DNA of 64,000 nt from Octopus vulgaris (lineage: Eukaryota). A model generated the notes under the pieces. The model was not told the origin of the DNA, did not search any database, and saw only the letters and a program-made list of their open reading frames with translations. A program made the translations under genes and the position numbers. Shown in pieces: positions 12,679 to 26,804 of this stretch. Positions within the stretch are counted from its first letter, which is position 1, and the number at the start of each line of letters is the position of its first letter. The DNA lies in assembly GCA_951406725.2 (NCBI GenBank), contig OX597840.1, positions 34,968,001-35,032,000 of the forward strand. The letters run 5' to 3'.

Positions 12679-12984
12679 CATCATTTAATGCCTGTTTTCC
12701 ATGCTTGGAAACTGGCAAGCCAGGGAACTGCAGCAAGTTCTGATCTGATTTGCAAGGTTTCTATGGCTGGGATGCCCTTCCTAACGCCAAGCACTCCAAG
12801 AGTTTAGTGGGATGTTTTTTTACATGCCTATATATATACACCTACCCTACAATGTCATTCTAAAAATAAACAATCTCATCATTGAAATTTTGAAGTTATG
12901 AAATAATGCTTGATTAATTCAAAACTATGTGAATAAATAGGCACTGTGTTTCACAGAATGATCCGAAGGCTAAAGGATTAAATC

Positions 12985-13922
12985 TCCAGGAAGTGTTTGA
13001 GGCATCAGATGTTGTGTGCAAGAGAGAAGACTGGGCTGGTTTGGTCATTTGATGTGTATGGATGAGGAGAGATGTGTAAAGGGTACCTGTGAAAGGGGTG
13101 GACTCAGGAAGATGTGGGACAAAGTGGCGAGAAAGGATCTATGGATGCTGGGCCTCAATGAGGAAATGAGACCAGGAGATGTGGTGATTCGCTGTTCTTG
13201 ATGTGCCAAGCTAAGTGAAATTGCCATCTTCCACACATATAGGCTTGGACTGTCAGGTTCCGGTGCCATTTAAAAGCACCTATGCTGTTGCTGTTGAGCG
13301 AAGCGGTCTTCGTCCCAGTGGGAAAAGTCCGAAATGTGGTCCTTTGCTATTCGTAAGACCCGCAGAAGAGAAAGCAGGTCAACCCCCGACACCGAGAGCA
13401 TCGACGGATGGATGAATGCGCATCCAGGCTCAGCAGTTGCGTAGGAAGTCGGGGACAAGAAACAGGAAGAAATAGTGAGAGAAAGTTGGAGCAAAAGAGT
13501 ACAACAGGGGTCGCCACCCCACCCTGCTGGAGCCTTGTGGAGCTTTAGGTGTTTTCGCTCAATAAACACACACAACGCCTGGTCTGGGAATCGAAACCAC
13601 GATCCTCCGATCGCAAGTCTGCTGCCTTAAAACCATTGGCCCATTGCGCCTCCACTGCTGGTGCTGTGTAGATGCAGCCATGTCGGTGCTGAGTAGATGC
13701 ACCTGTGCTGGTGTTGCATAAATACACCTGAGCAGGTGGCACATAAAAAAGCACCCAGCACACACTGTTAAGTGGTTGGTGTTGGGAAGGACATCCAGCC
13801 ATAGAAACCATGCCACAACAGACAGTTGGAGTCTGGTCAGCTCCCTGCTAGCCAGCTTCATGTCAGACCGTCTGACCCATGCCAGCATGGAAAACAGACG
13901 TTAAACAATGATGATGATGATG
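12985..13922 (+). mobile_element. Degenerate RTE-clade LINE 3' end interrupted by a SINE
   Basis: ORF 13016-13201 QERRLGWFGHLM..GTCERG..RKMWD..RKDL resembles the RTE C-terminus (RRLxWFGHxxR..GRPRKxW). The 3' UTR and (GAT)n tail are at 13740-13922. Confidence 0.75.
13290..13635 (-). mobile_element. SINE family C
   Basis: Reverse-complement head ..aaccattggcccattgcgcctcc at about 13610-13635. Confidence 0.75.
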
Positions 13923-14361
13923 TCTCTGAAATCTCAAAATAGCACAGAACCACAATTTTTGTACAAGAATTAAATGCAGGTGTGGCCGAGGGGTTAAGAA
14001 GCTAGCTTCCCAACCATATAGTCTCAGGTTCAGTACCACTGTACAGTATCTTAAACAAGTGTCTTCTAGTATAGCCCTGAGCCAACCAAAGCCTTGCAAG
14101 TGAATTTGGCAGATGGAAACTGAAAGAAGCCCATCGTTGTGTGGATGTGTGTATCCTTGACCTAACATTGTGTGATTGTTGTAAACAAGCATCACTTGTA
14201 CAAGCAGTGTTGGTGATTCCCAGTCTTCAGTGGAAAACATGTCTGGACACGAGGAAATATTTACCTTGTTTGGAAACAGACAGGTAAGAGTTGGCAACCG
14301 AAAGGCCTGGCTGTGAAAAAATCCGTCTCAACAAATTGTGTGTGACTCATGCAAGCAGACG

Positions 14362-15093
14362 TTAACCCTTTCGTTACCATATTTCTCGAGATGCTCTGTG
14401 TTTCTTTAAATTAATTTTAAATATAACAAAGAATTTATTAAAGTAACTTAGTTATCATTCTGCTAGTATCAGGAACATAAATGGTAACTAAGATTTGGTG
14501 GAAGATTTTAATTCAGAACTTTTGAAAACAAGGCATTTGTACTACAGAGCCAGAGGCTGTTTCAGCCAGGTTGGCATCGAAAGGGTTAAGAATTGTTTCT
14601 CTATTATATATTTTAACCCTTTTGTTACCATATTTCTGTTGAGATGCTCTGTGTTTCTTTAAATTAATTTTAAATATAACAAAGAATTTATTAAAATAAC
14701 TTAGTTATCATTAAGCTAGTGTTAGGAACATAAATTGTGACTAAGGTTTGGTGGAAGATTTTAATTCACAACTTTTGAAAACAAGACATTTGTATTACAG
14801 AGCCAGAGGTGGTTTCAGCTGGGTTGGTATCAAAAGGGTTAAGAATTGTTTCTCTATTATATATTTTAACCCTTTTGTTACCATATTTCTGTTGAGATGC
14901 TCTGTGTTTCTTTCAATTATTTTAGATATAACAAAGAATTTAGTAAAATAACATCGTTATCATTAAGCTGGTGTTAGGAACATAAATTGTGACTAAGGTT
15001 TGGTGGAAGATTTAAATTCAAAACTCATGAAAACAAGACATTTGTATTTAGAGTCAGAGCTAGTTTCAGCCGGGTTGGTATTGAAAGGGTTAA
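14362..15093. mobile_element. Tandem array of three piggyBac-like MITEs (~228 bp each)
   Basis: Each unit is TTAA|CCCTTT..AAAGGG|TTAA, and the spacer gaattgtttctctattatatatt is repeated between units. A dispersed copy lies at 63720-63947. Confidence 0.75.
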
Positions 15094-15169
15094 AATGATG
15101 ATGAATTATGCAACAGACCAATGTCTTGCCAGTGGTAGAGTTACTGCGTTTGTTAAACAGTACATAGAT

Positions 15170-15268
15170 ATTTCTGGTAATGATTTGGTTTGTCAAGTTA
15201 TGGAATTAAGTACTTTCAAGTAAAGTACTTAATTCCATAACTTGACAAACCAAATCACTACCAGAAAT
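15170..15268. repeat. Near-perfect inverted repeat (~47-bp arms)
   Basis: atttctggtaatgatttggtttgtcaagttatggaattaagtacttt-caagt-aaagtacttaattccataacttgacaaaccaaatcactaccagaaat. Confidence 0.9.
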
Positions 15269-15889
15269 TTCGTTTATGATGAAACACAAACATCACAATA
15301 GGCAGGGGAGTGACTGTGTGATAAGAAGCTTGTTTCCCAAGCACATGGGCCCAGGTTCAGTCCCAATGGGTGGTGCATTGGGGGAAATGTCTTCTATAGC
15401 TCCAAGCCAAGCACTGCCTTGTGAGTGGATTTGGTAGATGGAAACTAAAAGTTCATCATATATATATATACACACACATATGCATACATATATATACACA
15501 CATATAAATAAATTGTCCTTTGCCACTGCTTGAAAACTGGTGTAGGTGTGTTTACATCCCTGCATCATAGCAGTTTGGCAAAAGAGATCGATTGAATAAG
15601 TACCAACTTTAAAAAAAAATTACTGGGGTTGATCCATTCAAATAAAAACCCTCGGAAGTGGCGCCCCAGCATGGCCACAGTCAAATGACTGAAACAAGTA
15701 AAAGATAAAAGATAGATAAAAGACCACCACTGTTGAAACAGTGCCAATGTGAACACAAACACACACAATGATCTCCAACGGTTACTGGGGACCAAATTTC
15801 ATTTGCAAGGCGCAGGTATGGCTGTGTGGCAGGAAGTTTGCTTCCTGATCACAAAACTGACCTGAGTGTGAGTGTGAGTATGTGTGATT

Positions 15890-16268
15890 ACTCTTTTACT
15901 TGTTTCAGTCATTTGACTGCGGCCATGCTGGAGCACCGCCTTTAGTCAAGCAAATCGACCCCGGGACTTATTCTATCGGTCTCTTTTGCCGAACCGCTAA
16001 GTGACGGGAACATAAACACACCAGCATCGGTTGTCAAGCAATGCTAGGGAGACAAACACAGACACACAAACACACACATACATATATATATATATACATA
16101 TATACGACAGGCTTCTTTCAGTTTCCGTCTACCAAATCCACTCACAAGGCATTGGTCAGCCTGAGGCTATAGTAGAAGACACTTGCCCAAGATGCCACGC
16201 AGTGGGACTGAACCCGGAACCATGTGGTTGGTTAGCAAGCTACTTACCACACAGCCACTCCTGCACCT
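15890..16268 (-). mobile_element. SINE family A, full length
   Basis: Reverse complement of the family A sequence, from the ttttacttgtttcag tail to the ccacacagccactcctgc head. Confidence 0.85.
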
Positions 16269-18244
16269 GTAGTAAATGAATGACATTCAGTTCCAATATT
16301 CTGTGAAACCATGTCTGGCTATGGCAGGAACAGGTGAGTGTTGGCGACAGGTCACGTATCTGGCTGCAGAAGTAGAAAATCTGTCACAACTCCATCCGAC
16401 CCATGCAAGTATGGAAAAGTGGATGTTGAAATGATGCTGAGCATCATCATCATCATTGTGATCATATGTTGAACGAGTGCCGTCACATCTCAGCTCTTTC
16501 AAGTGACATAAAGGGCAACAAAGAAAACTGCCAACCCCTGATAATGTATATGTGTTTGTTTTGGCATAGATCCTGTCACTAGATGCCCTCTCTATTACCA
16601 ACTGCTTTGAGCATTAAAAAAAAAAAGTAAAAGGGAAACACACTTAGAATAGTGTAAATTAAGGTACGATGTTCTTGAAAATACGATAGAATGATGAAAA
16701 CTTGTTTTGAAATTACACGTTAAAAATTTCTTTTGGAATATTTTTCAATATCTTAAAAAAATCGAGTTTGCGAAAGAATATTTGGGAAAAGATTTTCCCC
16801 ACAAATTTCTTTATAACCCTAATGTATGCAGGCCGTTTGAAAGGTATTTATATAAAATTTCTTTAAAAGATATCCATTGTCTTCAAAGTTGTGAGAGGAA
16901 AACTCGGATCTTGGGAATTTCCCGAACCCCCACCCCCGTTGCTTTGCGAGTATTTTTGTCTTTCATATTCGTTTCATACATTTTTTTTTACACCAATTTT
17001 TGTTTTTGTTTTCATTTCCGGGTAATATTGTAAACACTAACCTTTACGTTTTAATCTTTATCTTCTACTTCTTTCAGTCACTGGACTACGGCCATACTGG
17101 GGCACTACCTCAAAGGGTTTAGTCGAACAAATCGATCCCAGAACTTATTTTTTTAAAAGTCTAATACTTATTCAAAACTTTTTTGTTTTGGGCGAACTAC
17201 CAAGTTACGAAAACGTAAATAAACCAACACCGGTTGTCAAGCGATGAACACACACACGCACACACCACGGTCTTCTACACAGCTTCCGCCTACCAAAACA
17301 CTGATCAATCCGAGGCTATTGTAGAAAATATTTGTTCAGGGTGACACGCAATAAGATTGAACCAGAAAACACGTGGTTGCTAGGCGAATTTCTTAACCTA
17401 ATTACACAGCCAATTTCAGAGACTGAGTAACCGAATCTCAAGGTCCAACCAACCATAAACCCACACAGCTGACGGACAGGGCCTCGGTAGTCCGTCTTGC
17501 ACAAACTATGTAGACTTTTTTTTAACTTAACGACTGAATTACAAAAGATTTGTCACAGATTTGTCACATTGCATCCTTTAAGGCCCTCATGCTTTCCGAA
17601 ATCCGCCGAAACTACACCTGATTATATATACACTTTAGATGAGTTGTAGTGCACCTGAGCACTGTACACAATTATTATTATTATTATTATTATTTTCATA
17701 GGTGGACGGAATTTCACAGGGGAAGGAATAAAGGAGGCGAGATGTTGTGACAGGCAAATATTAACCAGATGCTTTAACGACACAAAACGACCCCGTTGGT
17801 AACTCAAAACCCCATTGCAGGTCCCCCAGCATGAAGAACTTCGTTCTACCTTAAATAATAAATCACTCGTGAGTCACGAGGATTTTAGGAAGCATTTAAA
17901 CTCGCCTGACCAGGAATATCAGACTTCTGTGAACGACCTGGAGTCCCGCCATGGCGATGACGGTAAAGGCGCACCTGTTAACTACAATAATAGTTAACAC
18001 AAAGCAATAGACCCCCTACCTGTCTTCATGGAGGATGTGGTGGGGTGGGGGGGAACGGCAGACAATTAGGTCGGAGTCAGGTAATTAAGCTAATGCTTAT
18101 TTTATCGACCCGGGAAGGGTTGAGAGGCGAAAGCCAAAGCCCTGGTGGGATTTGGACTTCAATACAGAATGTAACAGGCTCTAAGTAAACACCACAAGGT
18201 ATTATTTCGACCGACGCTCAACCGATTCCATCATTGACACGGTT

Positions 18245-18950
18245 ATATAACATATATATACACATACAAACATATACATGCATATATATATATACACACA
18301 CATATATATATACATACATATACAGACACATATATATATACATACATATACACACACAGACACGTATATACACACACAAATATACATACATATATACACA
18401 CACATATATATACATACATACACACACATATATACATACACACACATATATATACATACACACACATATATATATATATATACATACACACACATATATA
18501 TACACATACATACACACACATATATATACACATACATACATATATATACATACCTATACATACATATATATACATACCTATACATACATACACATACATA
18601 AACATATAATATACACATACATACATATAGTTCGTATACATATATATATATACATATACAAACATACATATACATACAAACATATATATATACACATACA
18701 AATACATATATATAACAATAATAATGATTATATTTTTTTCCTGTGATACAAAGCTAGTCATAACGGGTAGGACAATGTCGATGGTGTAATAGGAAGGCAT
18801 GATGTATGTATGTGTGTGTATATATCTACCTGTATCTGACCGTCTGTCTGTCTCTCTATCTCTATATATATATACATACACACACGTGTTTACAAGTATG
18901 TACATATAGGTGTCTGTGAGAATGCATATACACATGTCTATATATGTACG

Positions 18951-18982
<32 letters not shown>

Positions 18983-19000
18983 CACACACATTTATACCCA
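18245..19000. repeat. Compound (TA)/(CA)/(TACA) microsatellite
   Basis: Direct inspection. It is the source of the YI/HT-rich ORFs. Confidence 0.95.
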
Positions 19001-19184
19001 CACGAGTGTATATGGTTGCTGCATGCTGTCACATTTATTTATATATACTCGTGTGTAGACATTTCATTCTTCTGATACATGTGTATATTTCAGAGCTTCT
19101 ATTGTCTTATACACAAACAATTTTCTGGGCTATATTAGGAATCAACCTCAATAGCAAGGCCTCCTCTTCTCTGTATCTCTCTTA

Positions 19185-19231
<47 letters not shown>

Positions 19232-19872
19232 GGAGACAGTGTGCTGCATGTTAATAGGTTTATATGAATGTGTGGTGTATATATATATATATAAATAATC
19301 CCCCCAGCTTTGAAACGATCACATAAGCCCCCTTGTATTGTCATCGACTTTTTTCAGTCTCACGTGTCACTGAATACATATATACACATCCACTTACCAC
19401 AACACACGATCTCATGAATATATATATATGTATGTATGTATGTATATAAAGGAGCACTTGGCGTGGATAGTCAAATAGGACCCCTGCTGGTATCATACGT
19501 AAAAATAATTACAAAATAACATGAACAGGTACCCCTAAAAAAACCTCACTAAATGAAGAAAGCTAGTTATCATTGGTGTATATTGCGTATAAAAAAACTC
19601 GTAGTTATTATACAAATATATATATATATTTCTTTATTGCCCACAAGGGGATGAATATAGAGGGGACAAACAAGGACAGACAAAGGGATTAAGTCGATTA
19701 CATCGACCCCAGTGCGTAACTGATACTTAATTTATCGACCCCGAAATATATATCTTCACTTTGAGCTCTGAGATTTCTATTATTCAGGATTTTTTTAATA
19801 GTGACGGGTGCCCCCCAATAAATAAATACTTTGGCTTGACAACCTCTCTGATACGTGGTGACTGTGTGTATG

Positions 19873-19905
<33 letters not shown>

Positions 19906-20268
19906 ATATGCAATGTTCTTCTTCATAGACAATAAAAGGGACGTTTGGAAATATAGAAAATAAGCAGTAAGATACGTGGGTATATAGACACACGTTGATG
20001 TGTATATATAAATTTTAGATTCGTGTGTGTATGGACACGTATATGTGTGTATAAGCATACCTACATCAACACACTTGTGTTGGTATGCCACGGGTATAGG
20101 TTGTGTTTGTGTATATAATATATAAAATACCTGTACACCATCTCCAAACCTTCCAATACCTATATATATATATCTACACACTGTGTGTATATATATATCT
20201 ACACAGTGTATATATATATATATATATCTACACAGTGTATATATATATATATATATCTACACACAGTG

Positions 20269-20299
<31 letters not shown>

Positions 20300-20352
20300 T
20301 GTGTGTATATATATATCTACACACTATGTGTGTATACATATATACACACACA

Positions 20353-20409
<57 letters not shown>

Positions 20410-20472
20410 CGTTCGATGTTGACGAAAGGAGTACTCAATACAATAATTAGAGATTAATATATTTAATTGTGA

Positions 20473-20519
20473 TTTGTCTGGTGACCCTGTGAACACGGGC
20501 GAAACTCCAGAGTAGCAAA
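20473..20519 (+). ncRNA. Hammerhead ribozyme motif with variant core (CUGGUGA)
   Basis: tttgt-CTGGTGA-c-cctgtg(aa)cacggg-c-GAAA-ctc(ca)gaG-TA-gcaaa. Stems I, II and III can all be drawn. Confidence 0.65.
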
Positions 20520-21193
20520 ACACTGCTTCGACGGCCACGAAATGCTTAGAGGTATTTCTTCTGCCGTTACGTTCTGAGTTCAAATCCCGCCGAGGTCGAC
20601 TTTGCCTTTCATCCTTTCGGGGTCGATTAAATAAAGTACCAATTACGCACTGGGGTCGATCTAATCGACTTTATCGCTTCGTCCGTCCCATCTATGTTTA
20701 GCCCCTTGTGGGCAATAAAGAAATAATCTCTCTTTCTCTTTCCTTATATATATATATATATAATCGCTAGAAGTTACCAAGTGATTCAAGGGCCGTGAGT
20801 TCCAGGCATGTTTGGTAAGTGCCATGCACGACAGCCTCGTACCTTTTAACTTCTGCCAAACACATACACACATATATATATATATATACATACATCTATA
20901 TACATACATATATACATCTATACATACATACATCTATATACATACATACATCTATATATACATACATCTATATATACATCTATATACATACGTACATCTA
21001 TATATACATACATACATCTATATATACATACATACATATATACATACGTACATCTATATATACATACATCTATATATACATACATTCATCTATATACATA
21101 CATACATATATACATACATACATCTATATACATACATACATCTATATATACATACATACATCTATATATATACATACATCTATATACATACTA

Positions 21194-21225
<32 letters not shown>

Positions 21226-21800
21226 ACATACATATATGCATACATGCATATATACATATACATATCCTTAAAAATGTTTTAGCCCGAAGGCCACGGCCAT
21301 GCTGGGGCACCACCGTAGAATGATATACATACATACATACATATATATACACAGACACTCGTGTATTGAGTTCTACTGTCGATCCTGATTGTTCCAACAA
21401 ACACAACATGTATTAAATAGACGAAAGATCCGAGTGGTGAAACACATACTCGACAACACATGGGTCCGTGGTGAAGTAGCCAAACGAAAGAATAGGGGAC
21501 GAAATACGCTCGGGATTCCTTTATACAGAAAAAAGGGAAAACCCCAGACAAACAGAGAAGGGGTCTGTAAGTTTGTTGTATGAAACAAATCTAGAAAATA
21601 AAAGGTAAAATGGGATTTGGAATGAAAGAACGAGGGAGAATCGGGGAGAAGGAATCAGGGGGAGAAACAGAAGGAATCGCGCTGAATGACGACATTAATG
21701 TATGTCGGGAGACGAAGGGACGACGAGGGAGCAACAGTCCCGCGGTGGGGATCGAAGGGAGCGGATATTTGGACATGATGAAATGCGTGTAGTAACATAC

Positions 21801-21851
21801 CAAAACAATTTGGGTTGCATTCTCCAACTCCATCATTGCTTGTTCCGCCAT
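21801..21851 (-). CDS. XPO4: Probable first coding exon of exportin-4 (MAEQAMMELENATQIVL); remaining exons not found in the window
   Basis: caagATGGCGG start context, 17 codons, then a strong phase-0 donor gtatgt. The peptide resembles the human XPO4 N-terminus (..VIAQLENAAKVLM|APP) as recalled. Only 17 aa support the call. Confidence 0.6.
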
Positions 21852-21944
21852 CTTGTAAGTCCAGTGTCTCACTCTTACTCATACTCCTACTCTCTCCCTC
21901 TCTTCCGTCTGTGTATCTTTTCTCTTTGCTCTGCCTCTCTCTCT

Positions 21945-22204
21945 ATACTAAGCCTATCCTCTCGCGCTTTCTCTCTCTACTAAGCCTATTCTCTCTCTCT
22001 AGTAACTCTATCCTCCCGCTCTCTCTCTACTAAGCCTATCCCCCCTGTCTCTCTCTAGTAAGTCTATCCTCCCGCTCTCTTTACTAAGCCTATCCTCTCT
22101 CTCTAGTAAGTCTATCCTCCCGCTCTCTCTATACTAAGTCTATCCTCTCTCTCTCTCTCTCTCTCTCTAGCAAGTCTATCCTCCCGCTCTCTCTAACTAA
22201 GCCT

Positions 22205-22235
<31 letters not shown>

Positions 22236-22620
22236 AGTAAGTCTATCCTCCCGCTCTCTCTAACTAAACCTATCCTCTCTCTCTCTCTCTCTCTACTAAG
22301 CCTATCCCCCCTCTCTCTCTCTCTAGTAAGTCTATCTTCCCGCTCTCTTTACTAAGCCTATCCTCTCTCTCTCTCTCTATTAAGTCTATCCTCCCGCTCT
22401 CTCTCTACTAAGTCTATCCTCTCGCTCTCTCTCTCTCTACTTAGCCTATCCTCTCTCTCTAGTAAGTCTATCCTCTCTCTCTCTCTACTAAGCCTACACT
22501 CTCGCTCTCTCTCTCTCTACTAAGTGTATCCTCTCGCTCTCTCTCTCTCTAATAAATCTATACTCCCGCTCTCTCTCTCTACTAAGCCTATCCTCTCGCT
22601 TTCGCGCTCTCTCCTTAGCG
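21945..22620. repeat. CT-rich minisatellite (ctaagcctatcct(ct)n / gtaagtctatcctcccg(ct)n)
   Basis: About two dozen 25-35-bp units, mostly alternating between two variants. Confidence 0.9.
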
Positions 22621-23252
22621 TATCCTTTCTCTCTCTCTCTGTAGATCCTTATGTTTGTATCCCTCTTGTAGACTCTGTCTTTCTCCCTTTCCCTCTCTCA
22701 TTACCTCTACTTTCTCTTCCCATTTACTCTCTTTCAATCTTACTCTTACTCATACTCCCCCACTCTCTCATTTCTATTCTTTATCTCTCTTCCTAATTTG
22801 CTCACTCTCTCTCTCTCTCTCTGTATCTGTCTTTCTTTCTCCGTATAGATCTTTGAGTTTCTATCATTCTACTTCTCCCTCTCTCTCTCTCTGGGTTCTT
22901 TATCTTTGTATCTCTCCCTCTCCCTCATAGAGTTTATCTTTCTCCTTTCCCCATTCATTCTCCCTATCTGTCTCCTTCTCTCCCTCTCTCATAGAATCTA
23001 TTTTACTTCCTCCCTCCCTCCCTCACTCACTCACTCACTCTTTCTATTGCTACTTCCACTTTCACTCTCCCTCAATATCCCTCACTCATCCGCGCGCCCG
23101 CTCTTCCTTTACATGCAGAGTTAGCGTCTTGTGATCTTCGCATTTTTATTGTCTTTTTTTTCTCTCTTTACGCCTCGTCTCCAAATCTTGAAGAGTACAT
23201 ATTATTTGTGTGTATGTGTATATATATGTATGTATTTATGTGTGTGTGTATG

Positions 23253-23369
<117 letters not shown>

Positions 23370-23402
23370 ATTAATTAATATATATATATATGTGTGTGTG
23401 TG

Positions 23403-23433
<31 letters not shown>

Positions 23434-23444
23434 ATATATATATA

Positions 23445-23523
<79 letters not shown>

Positions 23524-23759
23524 ATATATATATGTGTGTGTGTGTGTATATATGTATATATGAGGCGAGCTGGCAGAGACGTTAGCACGCCGGGGGCGAA
23601 ATGCGTAGCCGTATTTCGTCTGCCGTTACGTTCTGAGTTCAAATTCCGCCGAGGTCGACTTTGCCTTTCATCCTTTCGGGGGTCGATAAATAAAAGTACC
23701 AGTTACGCACTGGGGTCGATGTAATCTGTCCTTGTGTGTCCCCTCTGTGTTTAGTAAAG

Positions 23760-23802
<43 letters not shown>

Positions 23803-24239
23803 CGTATGTGTGAGTATGTTTAATTTACTCTCCCTCTCTGTATACATATAAGTCATTTAACGTCCGTCTACGATGCTGGTATGGGTTAGTCGTCTTCACA
23901 TAATCCGAAGAAGCAGAAAACTGTGTCGACAAGCTCCAATAACCACTTTGGCATGGTGTATACGGCAGGATGCCCTTCTTGACACCAACCAGTTTATAAA
24001 GTGTAGTGGATGCTGTTTTCCGTGACACTGACACTCGTGAGGTGACCAAGTAACTAGCAAGATAGAAAAAGGAGCCCATCGCCCTCAGCTGAGTGCCTTT
24101 ATGCCAAGAGTTGAGAAGCTCTTGCTATAGAAGATTGGCATGGCCACTTTGTATCTCTTTGGCCAAGGCCTCATCAACTTTTTCAAGTTTCACTTGAAAA
24201 GGAAGATGAGAGTAGAGAGGGAAGTGATGTCTGATAGCA

Positions 24240-24585
24240 AGTTTATTTAAAGGTGGGGGAATGTCGGGAAAATGGCCAGTATGAACGGACTAATTCTGAG
24301 AATACACCTGTGAGAATTAAAAGGAAATATAAAAGGAGAAAGGGGCTCTCTACTCCCCTTTTGACCAGGCTCCCGTGGCTTTTATGGGTTTTTCCACGAG
24401 TAACCCTTTCGAAGCGCCTCCCCCTATTGGGAGTTTTAATTGTTACTTATTTTTCGTTGCCATCCTGCTTTTGTACACGGACCTTTTTCAAACGGACAAA
24501 ACCCTTTGTAACTTTCATCCTGTGTTTTGTCCCTTAATGTTTTAATTGATTTTTGTCAGCCCTTGTGGCCAATAAACGAACGAAT
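24240..24585 (+). mobile_element. Probable LINE (L1/Tx1-like) 3' end
   Basis: A degenerate ORF-like end followed by a T-rich UTR ending cagcccttgtggccaataaacgaacgaa. Clade assignment is tentative. Confidence 0.4.
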
Positions 24586-25186
24586 TATATAGGAGTGGGT
24601 GGGAATGGCTGGAAAGAACATGAAGATATTAGCGGTGAGGTGTCAAAACATATTCTCAAGGTAGGAATGAGAATGCAGATGAAGGATTGGGTAGGGTAGG
24701 TGATTGCACTTGTAGTGAATCATGCAGGCATCAAGGGGATTCGATCCACCGTAGCAAAATTTAAATCAACATTTCAACAGAACTTTTCTCACAGTGGAAC
24801 AATTGTTTTTCTGTGACAGCAGTTTTATGTTTGCCACACTCATACGAGTGTAAGAGGAAAGAGTCAAGTGGTTAGAGTTGAGGGGTGTAGGTGAGGTGTG
24901 GTCGATGGTATATAAACCAGTTTAAATTGGTAGACTGAAAGAAGCCCATTGCGTATATGTATATAAATATATATCATCATCATCATTTAACATCCACTTT
25001 CCATGCTAGCATGGGTTAGATGATTTGACTGAGGACTGGCGAACCAGATGGCTGCACCAGACTCCAATCTTGATCTGGCAGAGTTTCTACAGCTGGATGC
25101 CCTTCCTAACTCCGAGAGTGTAATGGGTGCTTTTACGTGCCACCGGCATGAGGGCCAGTCATGCAGTACTGGCAACGGCCACACCC

Positions 25187-25225
<39 letters not shown>

Positions 25226-25295
25226 TATAAGAATTTTTTGTGTAATGAGATAAAAAACCAAGGCTGTGTAGATATTAGAGCATTTATAGATAGAT

Positions 25296-25347
25296 ATCTT
25301 ACAGCTGTTTCTAGAATATTAATTAATAATATCCCTTAATCGGAGAC
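25296..25347 (-). ncRNA. Degenerate hammerhead motif (Penelope-like)
   Basis: Minus strand: gtct-CCGATTA-agggatatta..taatattcta-GAAAC-agct-GTA-agat. The core is mutated; loop III is palindromic. Confidence 0.5.
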
Positions 25348-26203
25348 GGTGTTAGAGGATGGTTAAGTAATAGTTAGTTTAGATAGGATCCAAAATAGAG
25401 AGTGAGATGGAGGAAAGCAAATAGATGTGAGATATGTATGGGTATTGAAGTTGTAGATCCATTTTTTGGCAGAATGGTATACATATCAGATTCCAATACC
25501 TTATGAGTAAAATCCAACAGAATTTAAAATAGGTAATGGAATCTTACATATATACCATTCTTATATACACATGCTGACATATGACCAATGTTGAACCCCT
25601 TATTTGCAAAATTACAGAACCTGGAACTTAACTATGGTCTGTCTATAGCACTTATTCAGCATTACCTGACACCTTTGGGTCGCAATGACCCCATTACCTC
25701 TTATTTATATATATATATACACACAGTAATCCCTCGATTACCACAGGTGTTATGTTCTAAAACACCCCGCAATAGGTGAAAATCTGTGCGAATTAAAAAC
25801 AGTATTGTACTACTCTTTTACTTGTTTCGGTCATGCTGGAGCACCGCCTTTAGTCGAGCAAATCGACCCCAGGACTTATTCTTTGTAAGCCTAGTATTTA
25901 TTATATCGGTCTCTTTTGCCGAACCACTAAGTTACAGGGATGTAAACACACCAGCATCGGTTGTCAAGCGATGTTTGGGGGGGACAAACATTCACATACA
26001 TACATGCATATTTATAGGTCGGCCTGACTGGCTCCGGTGCTGGTGGCATGTAAAGAGCACCCACTATACTTGTGGAGTGATTGGCATTAGGAAGGGCATC
26101 CAACTGTAGAAACATTACTAGATCAGGCTGCTGCCTGTCTAGACCTCAGCCAAACTGTCCAACCCATGCCAGCATGGAAAACGGACGTTAAACGATGATG
26201 ATG

Positions 26204-26238
<35 letters not shown>

Positions 26239-26316
26239 ATAAATATTAGGGAATAAATCCAAATTTACAGGGAAAAAATCAGATTTAGGATTAAATCCAA
26301 TTTTATAGTAAAATAT

Positions 26317-26487
26317 TATAAAATATTATTAGAGACAAAACCACTATTTTGCAAAACAAACAAGGAAAGACTTAATCAATACATAAAATTTTAATAAATA
26401 GTCTATTTATTAAAATTTTATGTATTGATTAAGTCTTTCCTTGTTTGTTTTGCAAAATAGTGGTTTTGTCTCTAATAATATTTTATA
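26317..26487. repeat. Perfect palindrome, 85-bp arms around a 1-nt centre (26402)
   Basis: ..caatacataaaattttaataaatag-t-ctatttattaaaattttatgtattg..; it sits in a unique insert between (TA)n tracts. Confidence 0.95.
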
Positions 26488-26804
26488 TATATATATATAT
26501 ATATATACATATATATGATGGGCATCTTTCAGTTTCTGTCTACCAAATCCACTCACAAGGCTTTCATCGACCCATGACTATAGCAGAAGACACTTGTCCA
26601 AGGTGTAGTTCTTGAGTTTTAGGGATTCATATAGACAGGCAGATAGACACATACACACACACACACATTCTCATCATTATAAAAATATGAGACACTGCCT
26701 TGAAGAATTTTTACTTGAATAAATCAATGCCAGTGCCTTTTTTTTTACTTTGGTAAACCTGGTACTTATTCTATTGGTTTCTTCTTGTCAAACCAGTAAG
26801 TTAT

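Noticed and set aside
18202-21409. YI/HT/CV-rich ORFs (also 23131-23724, 45812-46858, 60698-61334)
   Set aside because: Di- and tetranucleotide microsatellite translations.
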